DNA of 34,293 bases, taken from a virus. A model generated the notes under the pieces. That model saw nothing but the letters and a program-made list of their open reading frames with translations. It did no database searches and was not told where the DNA came from. The translations under genes and the position numbers were made by a program. Location of the stretch: the IMG/VR virus record IMGVR_UViG_3300038336_000021; one strand, given 5' to 3'. This document shows, one piece after another, positions 28,529 to 34,293 of the stretch (the stretch's first letter is position 1; the number at the start of each line of letters is the position of its first letter).

Positions 28529-30916
28529 ATGAAAATAGGAAGACTCAACATCAGCCTGGCGCGTCGGCCAGCACCACATACAGACCAAGAAGTGGGAACT
28601 GCTGCCGCGACCTCTACTGGTGCGAGCATCCTATTCAATGGCGAAGTTATCAACAACGACAAGGTGACTGTCGCTGATCTCGTGAAGATGCGAAAAGAAG
28701 ACGGAACCGCCTCGGCTCTGTATAACATCATGACCCTGCCGATCATGGCCAACCCATGGGACATCGAAGCAGATCCTGAAGACGTCGACGGCGTCCAGGC
28801 AAAGTTCATCAAGGAAGCCTTCAGTCGCCCATCATATCGTGGCGGCATGAGCACTCCGTTCTCACTCGTCATCGCCGACGCCCTCCGAGCAGTACTCGAG
28901 GGCTATCGTCTTTTCGAGAAGGTGTACACCATCAACGATGATGGGAAGATCGTCTACCGCAAGATCGCCAGCCGAGACAACTCCACGATCAGCATCCTCA
29001 TGGACGATCGAGGTGGCTTCAACGGTGCCAAGCAGCAGGCCTACATCGGCGGCAAGTTCGACTCAGTGATCATCCCTCGGGACCGCTGCTTCCTCTTCAC
29101 GTTCGGCAAGGAGCGCAACTGGCTCACAGGTGAGTCCGCCTTCAGCGCTGCATACTACCACTATGACAAGAAGCACCGCGCCTACTACCTAGCACATCAA
29201 GCGCTGCAGCAGTTCGCCATCCCTCCGAAGGTGGGCATCGCTCCTGCAGGTACCAAGAACCAGACCGACATCGACGACGCTGTGGCTGTCCTGGACAACC
29301 TAGCAGTCAACAGCTCGGCCGCTCTACCGAACGGCTGGGACGTCAAGGCGCTCAGCTCTACTGGTCGCATCGACCCGCTTCAGTTGATCGACCACCACGA
29401 TGCAGCGATGGCACGTTCGATCCTGGCTCACTTCATCATGCTCGGCTCAGGTGGATCCACTGGATCATGGGCCCTCAGCTCTGACCAGAGTGACATGTTC
29501 ATCCTCGCCCTGCGCGGCCTGATGGACAACCTCGAGGAACACATCACCGCCTACCTAGTGGCAGATCTTATCGACTACAACTTCGAGGTCCCACACTACC
29601 CGAAGTTCCGCTTCGCTGATCTCACGACTCAGACCACCAACCTCGTCAAGGAGGCGTTCATGAAGATCATGGAGAAGGACCCATCCAAGGTCAACGACTT
29701 CGTCATCGAAGGCGTCGTCAAGCGCATGGCTGAGCTCCTGGAGATCGACATTCCTGAAGACGTGAAGAAGGATGATGATGCACAATCTACAACAAGCAAC
29801 GAACCGAACTCTGTGGCAGGTGCTATCGACCAGTCAGCCGAGATCGCAAAGCAAGCGCTCAACGGTGCCCAGATCGGCAGCCTCCTGGATGTAGTCAACC
29901 AGATCGCAGGTGGCCAGCTTCCGTTCGATACTGGACGCGAGACTCTGATCGCTGCCTTCCCATTCCTCACGCCAGCTGACATCGACAAGATCCTGCAGCC
30001 AGTCAAGGGCTTCACCCCATCACCCGAACTCTCTCGGAAGAAGGGCCGCCATTTTTTAGCTGATGCTCGCTGGAAGCGCGAGCTGACGCCTGCGGAGACG
30101 AAGGTGAACTTCAGCGCGATCCAGAAGAAGTTCGCCACACTCGAGACTGAGTTCGAGGATGATGTCAAGCCGATCTGGGACAAGATCAAAGCCGACACCC
30201 TGGCCCGCGTCGAGAAGCTCCTGGATGCTGAAGACTACGGAGCAATCACTGAGCTCGAGATCAACTTCGGCGAAGAGTACCGTGCCGCAATCGTGAACTC
30301 GATGATGGATGCCTACAACTACGCCAAGGTCGGCGCAGCTGATGAGATGGGAGTCAAGGCTCCTGCAACTCCGAAGGAGACGAAGGATCTGATCAACAGC
30401 CAGGCCCAGCAGACCGTCGACAAGCAGTTCGCTGAGCTCAAGTTCGAGATCACCAACGCCGTCACCACCGCGCAGCGCAAGGCTCAGCTCTCAACTACTG
30501 TGGATCTATCAGTCGCTGAAGTTGTCGGCACGATCGGCACCTTGATCGGTGGCTACTACGACAGCAAGATCGGCATCACTGCAGGGATCCTCACCACGCT
30601 CGGCGTGAACATCGGCCGCGATGATGCCTTCAAGGCCAACGCCAAGAACATCAGCCGCTACCAGTACAGCGCCCTCCTGGACGATGCGACTTGCGCGATC
30701 TGCGAAGACCTCGATGGCATGGTCCTGGATGAGCAGCAGTACAAGGACACCGTCTGGACTCCGCCGATCCACTTCAACTGTCGCTGCATCTGGGTGGAGA
30801 TCCTGGAAGATGAGACTGATCAGCCTGACATCACTGGAGTGCCCGACGCTCCAGGTGGAACTGAGGCTCCAAGCCTATCGGATCACTATGGACACAAGCA
30901 CAAAGCTGTAGCATAA
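28529..30916 (+). CDS. Portal protein (Mu gp29/DUF935-like) fused to MuF / SPP1 gp7-type head morphogenesis domain
   Basis: 795 aa. The N-terminal ~480 aa are portal-like (position after terL, ...MTLPIMANPWDIEADPED...). The C-terminus has the MuF hallmark DDATCAICEDLDG...WTPPIHFNCRCIW. Confidence 0.75.
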   Translation: MKIGRLNISLARRPAPHTDQEVGTAAATSTGASILFNGEVINNDKVTVADLVKMRKEDGTASALYNIMTLPIMANPWDIEADPEDVDGVQAKFIKEAFSRPSYRGGMSTPFSLVIADALRAVLEGYRLFEKVYTINDDGKIVYRKIASRDNSTISILMDDRGGFNGAKQQAYIGGKFDSVIIPRDRCFLFTFGKERNWLTGESAFSAAYYHYDKKHRAYYLAHQALQQFAIPPKVGIAPAGTKNQTDIDDAVAVLDNLAVNSSAALPNGWDVKALSSTGRIDPLQLIDHHDAAMARSILAHFIMLGSGGSTGSWALSSDQSDMFILALRGLMDNLEEHITAYLVADLIDYNFEVPHYPKFRFADLTTQTTNLVKEAFMKIMEKDPSKVNDFVIEGVVKRMAELLEIDIPEDVKKDDDAQSTTSNEPNSVAGAIDQSAEIAKQALNGAQIGSLLDVVNQIAGGQLPFDTGRETLIAAFPFLTPADIDKILQPVKGFTPSPELSRKKGRHFLADARWKRELTPAETKVNFSAIQKKFATLETEFEDDVKPIWDKIKADTLARVEKLLDAEDYGAITELEINFGEEYRAAIVNSMMDAYNYAKVGAADEMGVKAPATPKETKDLINSQAQQTVDKQFAELKFEITNAVTTAQRKAQLSTTVDLSVAEVVGTIGTLIGGYYDSKIGITAGILTTLGVNIGRDDAFKANAKNISRYQYSALLDDATCAICEDLDGMVLDEQQYKDTVWTPPIHFNCRCIWVEILEDETDQPDITGVPDAPGGTEAPSLSDHYGHKHKAVA

Positions 30917-30937
30917 TCAAGAACAAAGGAGCGGTAG

Positions 30938-32344
30938 ATGAGAAACCTGACACACAAAAACCACATCATGATGTTCGCCGACAGCTCGGCGCCTCTTGAG
31001 AAGATCAACGGCACCCAGTATCGGAAGATGATCGCCAAGTATGGCAAGTGGGTCAACCCGCTCTTCCCTATTGAGTACATGGAGCTGGACAAAGAGTGGG
31101 CCCAGGAAGTCGCCAAGAACTTCGAGGCCAAGGTCATCGACCACGTCCCGATCCCGCTCAACCATACTGATGATGTCTCAGCCAACACTGGCGAGCTCGT
31201 CGGAGTAGAGGTCGGCGAGGACGGACTCTATGGGATCCTCGAGATCCGCGACTGGCAGACGATCGACAAGATCGAGAGCGGTGTCATCTTCGACGTGAGC
31301 ATCAGCTTCGACTGGAACTACGTCGACACTGAGCTCGGCCAGGAACACGGACCAGTGCTGCTGCACGTCGCGCTGGTGAACAATCCATACCTGAAGGGCA
31401 TGACTGGCTTCGAGAAGACAGCCGATCAGCTCGAGAAGGAAGAGGCCGAAGCAGCGGCCTGGGGAGATCTGGAGTTCTTGACAGACTTCTCGAAAAAGCA
31501 CAAGCAGTCTGCTATTATGTTGTCAGAAAGTAAAGCAAAGGAGTTGAGGGAAATGCTCGTTACAATCAAAAACGATCGCGACTTCCCAGTGACCATCAGC
31601 GTCAAAGACGAAGATGGTGAAGCTGTGGAAAAAGTACTGCAACCTGGTGAAGAGTGTCAAGTACCTCAAGACCAGAGCGAAGCCATACTGGCTACCATCA
31701 CGGACGCTGTAAAAGCCGACGAAGATGAGGAAGAGTCTGAAGAAGAGAAGGCGGCCCGCGAGGCCAAGGAAGCAGAAGATCAAGCTGCTGCCGACAAGAA
31801 AAAAGAAGAGGACGAAGCCGCTGCTGCAGCCGCTGCCGCTGATGCGGACAAAGACCTCACCGATGAAGAGAAGGCTGCCAAGGCCGAGAAGGCTGAGCTC
31901 GCTGATCTTCGCAAGAAGAACGCGGCGCTCGAGCTGAGCGAGAAGTATCAGACCCTACTGAAGGCTGGCAAGATCACGCCTGCTCAGAAGGATCGCTTCA
32001 TGGCTCTCGCTGAAGTTCACGGATCAACCGTGCAGCTCAGTGGCAAGCCAGTCCAGTTGAGTCAAGTTGTTGTCGACATCCTGTCTGCAGGTCCGCAGGT
32101 TGTCAAGTTCGATGAGTCAGGGACCGCAAAAACGGAAGAAGAGAAGAAGGCTGAACAGGAAGCTGCCGATGCAGCTGCCGCAGCTGACGCCTCGAAGAAG
32201 CCGTCTGAGTTATTGTCAGATCAAGAGAAGGCGGGTATGCAAGCCGTCGGCGCTGATCCGAGTCGGATGGACGAACTAGCGGGCAAATACCCTGCTATGG
32301 CGGCCGCACTAAACCAAACTAAACCAACGAACGAGGAGAAATAG
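30938..32344 (+). CDS. Prohead protease (Mu gpI-like) fused to an Ala/Glu/Lys-rich scaffold
   Basis: The N-terminus IDHVPIPLNHTDDVSANTGELVGVEVGEDGLYGILEIRDWQTIDKI...FDVSISF follows the gpI pattern. The C-terminal 250 aa are coiled-coil and low-complexity (KAAREAKEAEDQAAADKKKEEDEAAAAAAAAD). Confidence 0.65.
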   Translation: MRNLTHKNHIMMFADSSAPLEKINGTQYRKMIAKYGKWVNPLFPIEYMELDKEWAQEVAKNFEAKVIDHVPIPLNHTDDVSANTGELVGVEVGEDGLYGILEIRDWQTIDKIESGVIFDVSISFDWNYVDTELGQEHGPVLLHVALVNNPYLKGMTGFEKTADQLEKEEAEAAAWGDLEFLTDFSKKHKQSAIMLSESKAKELREMLVTIKNDRDFPVTISVKDEDGEAVEKVLQPGEECQVPQDQSEAILATITDAVKADEDEEESEEEKAAREAKEAEDQAAADKKKEEDEAAAAAAAADADKDLTDEEKAAKAEKAELADLRKKNAALELSEKYQTLLKAGKITPAQKDRFMALAEVHGSTVQLSGKPVQLSQVVVDILSAGPQVVKFDESGTAKTEEEKKAEQEAADAAAAADASKKPSELLSDQEKAGMQAVGADPSRMDELAGKYPAMAAALNQTKPTNEEK

Positions 32345-32346
32345 TC

Positions 32347-32763
32347 ATGACTGCAATCACTGCACGAAAAGACACTCGACGTCAGGAAGCGGTGATCCTA
32401 CCATTCCCAGTCGAAGAGAACACCAAGATCGTTGAAGGCGCCCTTGTCTCAGTCAACGCTGCTGGCTACGCTGTCAATGCGACAGATACAGCAAGCGAAC
32501 GAGTCGTCGGAGTTGCATCAGCGGAAGCTGACAACACTGGCGGGGCAGATGGTGCAATAGATGTCACCGTCTGGACCAACGGAGCTCACAGCTTCGTCGC
32601 TGCCTTCAGCGCAACAATAGCAAACGTAGGCGATAAGGTATACGCTGTCGACAATCAAACTGTCGATCTAGCAGCTACTACCACAAACGATGTCCTGGTC
32701 GGTGTCATCGTGGGCATTGAGTCCGCCTCACAAGTAAGGGTTATGCTTACCTGCTACGCCTAG
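32347..32763 (+). CDS. Head decoration / DUF2190-like protein
   Basis: 138 aa directly upstream of the major capsid gene. The Gly/Ala/Val-rich beta-type sequence (GALVSVNAAGYAVNATD...VVGVAS...GDKVYAVDNQTV...VLVGVIVGIE) is typical of DUF2190 proteins (recall). Confidence 0.6.
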   Translation: MTAITARKDTRRQEAVILPFPVEENTKIVEGALVSVNAAGYAVNATDTASERVVGVASAEADNTGGADGAIDVTVWTNGAHSFVAAFSATIANVGDKVYAVDNQTVDLAATTTNDVLVGVIVGIESASQVRVMLTCYA

Positions 32764-32797
32764 GCTGTGGTAGAGTAAACATAAGGAGAACACAACC

Positions 32798-33670
32798 ATG
32801 AACCCACTATTGAGAAAAGGCCTGCTCACGAACTTCTTCGAGGGCTTCGACGGCGCGGAAGCGCAGTACGAGCAGATCGCAACAAAAGTCCCATCAACAG
32901 CTGCAAGTGAAGACTACGGCTGGCTCGGCAGCATCCCACGTCTTCGTGAGATGCGCGGCGAACGAGTTCCTCAGAAGCTGCTTACTTACGAGTACAGCCT
33001 GAAGAACAAAGAGTTCGAGGCATCTGTCGAAGTCAAGCGTGCCGATCTTAAAGACGACCAGACTGGCAAGTACGGTCCACTCGTCCGCAACATCGGAGAG
33101 AGCGCTCGTCTGTTCCCAGATGAGTTGATCTTCGCAGATCTTCTTCCAAACGGCTTCACGAAACTCGCCTATGATGGCCAGTACTTCTTCGACACCGACC
33201 ACCCAGTCGGCAAGACAGGCGCTGTCCAAAGTAACAAGGGCACCGCTGCCCTGAGCGCGACTTCGTTCGAGGCTGCTCGATCAGCACTTCGCAAAATGAA
33301 GGACGACTTCGGCCGACCTGTCAACCAACGTCTCGACTTGATCCTTGTGGTCCCAGCTGAGCTCGAAGGTACTGCGAAAAAGATCGTAGAAGCTGAAACC
33401 GTCAACGGTGGTGACTCAAACACCAACGCTGGCACAGCGAAGATCCTAGTCAGCCCATGGCTTGAAGACACGAACAACTGGTACCTGGTCAACACGGCTG
33501 GTGTCATCAAACCGTTCGTAGTTCAAGAGCGTGAGTTCATTCCATTCGAGGCACTCGAGGAAGACTCAGAGACTGGCTTCTGGCGCAAGGTTCACTACTA
33601 CGGAACCTACTGGCGCGGGAACGCAGGGTACGCATTGTACTCGAAGGCCTACGGCGCACTTGTTGCCTAG
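32798..33670 (+). CDS. Major capsid protein (Mu gpT-like)
   Basis: 290 aa. FEGFDGAEAQYEQIATKVPSTAASEDYGWLGSIPRLREMRGERV matches the gpT-family N-terminal hallmark (recall). Position is after the protease/scaffold and decoration genes. Confidence 0.8.
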   Translation: MNPLLRKGLLTNFFEGFDGAEAQYEQIATKVPSTAASEDYGWLGSIPRLREMRGERVPQKLLTYEYSLKNKEFEASVEVKRADLKDDQTGKYGPLVRNIGESARLFPDELIFADLLPNGFTKLAYDGQYFFDTDHPVGKTGAVQSNKGTAALSATSFEAARSALRKMKDDFGRPVNQRLDLILVVPAELEGTAKKIVEAETVNGGDSNTNAGTAKILVSPWLEDTNNWYLVNTAGVIKPFVVQEREFIPFEALEEDSETGFWRKVHYYGTYWRGNAGYALYSKAYGALVA

Positions 33671-33740
33671 GACTCCAGTGATGACGGGGCCTTCGGGCCC
33701 CTTCTCACTCGCTACTAATTAAAGAGAAGGAGACCATCCC

Positions 33741-34293
33741 ATGGCGAAACAACTATACAAACTCACACTCAAGCGTGGCTACCCGCAAGACGACCACCAC
33801 CGAGCAGGCCTACTGCTACGACGTGGCGGCACGTTGATCACGGAGCTCACAAAAGACCAACTGGAGGCAGTGAAAAATGACTCGTATATTGAACTATCAA
33901 AGGCGACCGACGGCGAGCAAAGCCAAGCTCCTGCAGTATCTGAAGGAGCAGGAGTCGCAAGCAACGCAACCGTCGGAACAGATGCCCCTGACCGATCGGC
34001 TAGTGAGGCACCTCAGACTGATGAGGATCAACCTCCTCTCGCTACGCAAACAGGCGACAGTACGGCTGCGGGAGTGGATCCATCGGACGTAGACGGTGCC
34101 ACACCGACTGAGCCAGTATCTGGTGAACCTGGAACCGAACCAACTCGTGAAGGAGAAGAGGAAGCACCTGCCTCTGATCCTGCTGTAGATCAGCCAGGAA
34201 GCACTCCTGCGACTGACTCACCTGCTGATCCATCTGCAACGCCTGAAGCCCCAGCAGCGGCCCAGGACGATGCTCAGGTAGAGGAAGTCACTG
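33741..34293 (+). CDS. 5-prime part of the junction-spanning CDS (231 aa in total): FluMu HI1506-like N-terminus, acidic Pro/Thr-rich linker, HeH C-terminus
   Basis: It is not in the ORF track because it runs off the window end. RBS AAGGAGACCATCCcATG. I translated it by hand with no in-frame stop through 34293. The N-terminus KRGYPQDDHHRAGLLLRRGGTLITELTKDQLEAVKNDSYIEL resembles the Mu-like HI1506 N-terminal domain (recall). Confidence 0.75.
   Translation, partial: MAKQLYKLTLKRGYPQDDHHRAGLLLRRGGTLITELTKDQLEAVKNDSYIELSKATDGEQSQAPAVSEGAGVASNATVGTDAPDRSASEAPQTDEDQPPLATQTGDSTAAGVDPSDVDGATPTEPVSGEPGTEPTREGEEEAPASDPAVDQPGSTPATDSPADPSATPEAPAAAQDDAQVEEVT
34167..34293. repeat. Terminal direct repeat, copy 2 (identical to 1-127)
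   Basis: Same comparison as copy 1. Unique genome length is therefore 34,166 bp. Confidence 0.97.

Noticed and set aside
33381-33392. 11/12 match to control-region repeat R1 (AGATCGTAGAAg) inside the major capsid gene
   Set aside because: It is a single imperfect copy within a constrained coding sequence, with no partner site nearby. It is most simply chance and is mentioned only as something to include in a binding-site scan.
1-34293. Alternative genetic code (TGA as sense, code 4 or 25) as an explanation of the rarity of free TGA stops
   Set aside because: Long ORFs (up to 795 codons) contain no in-frame TGA, and Trp is encoded by TGG throughout. Reading through the ATGA/TGATG junctions would append long extensions full of further TGAs. 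TGA behaves as a stop here.
1-34293. Scan by eye for CRISPR arrays, diversity-generating retroelements, IS elements/transposase, integrase/attP and toxin domains on the MuF C-terminus
   Set aside because: I found no regularly spaced repeats, no reverse-transcriptase or transposase-like ORF, no tyrosine/serine recombinase motifs, and only a 40-aa tail after the MuF domain. This absence is by manual inspection only and should be confirmed by profile searches.

Overview
The window is one complete dsDNA phage genome, not a chromosomal fragment. Its first and last 127 nt are identical, so it closes into a 34,166-bp circle, and one CDS (33741 -> 270) crosses the junction. Gene content fits a long, non-contractile-tailed (siphovirus-type) phage with a Mu-like head module. 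The rightward (+) late operon runs 25297 -> junction -> 13789. It encodes two unknown genes, small and large terminase, and a portal fused to a MuF/SPP1-gp7-type domain. These are followed by a gpI-like protease/scaffold, a DUF2190-like decoration protein, a gpT-like major capsid protein and a HeH-domain protein. Next come connector and tail-completion genes, the major tail protein, a tail chaperone with an A_AAA_AAA -1 frameshift, tape measure, Dit and a Tal-like protein. The operon ends with a fibre carrying a C1q/TNF-like head and a lysis cassette (small membrane proteins, amidase_2 endolysin with three wall-binding repeats, holin), closed by a strong terminator. The leftward (-) early region (24926 -> 14019) holds about 26 mostly small, translationally coupled genes. 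Repeated sigma70-type promoter+leader cassettes divide it into blocks. Recognisable products are a J-domain protein, an SSAP plus YqaJ-type exonuclease, a KGG-repeat protein, a RusA-type resolvase and a secreted lysozyme-like protein. I recognised no integrase, repressor, polymerase, helicase, primase, tRNA, CRISPR array or reverse transcriptase. The most noteworthy signals are: (1) a free-standing promoter-to-terminator unit with no start codon (candidate ~118-nt sRNA, 15571-15723); (2) early promoters sharing a conserved spacer element (AAGCACGAACGGTAT) and a conserved leader ending in GGAGACCAACC-ATG; (3) a divergent AT-rich control region (24927-25296) with two pairs of direct repeats over the two outward promoters, plus an orphan + strand terminator; (4) a two-frame coding anomaly downstream of the KGG gene; (5) an extreme stop-codon bias, with TAG dominant and TGA used almost only where it overlaps a start codon or a TTGACA box; (6) a GC-rich terminator-bracketed moron followed by a 13-nt copy of the 16S rRNA 3-prime end. 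All functional calls come from reading the translations and from remembered family hallmarks. No database search was run.
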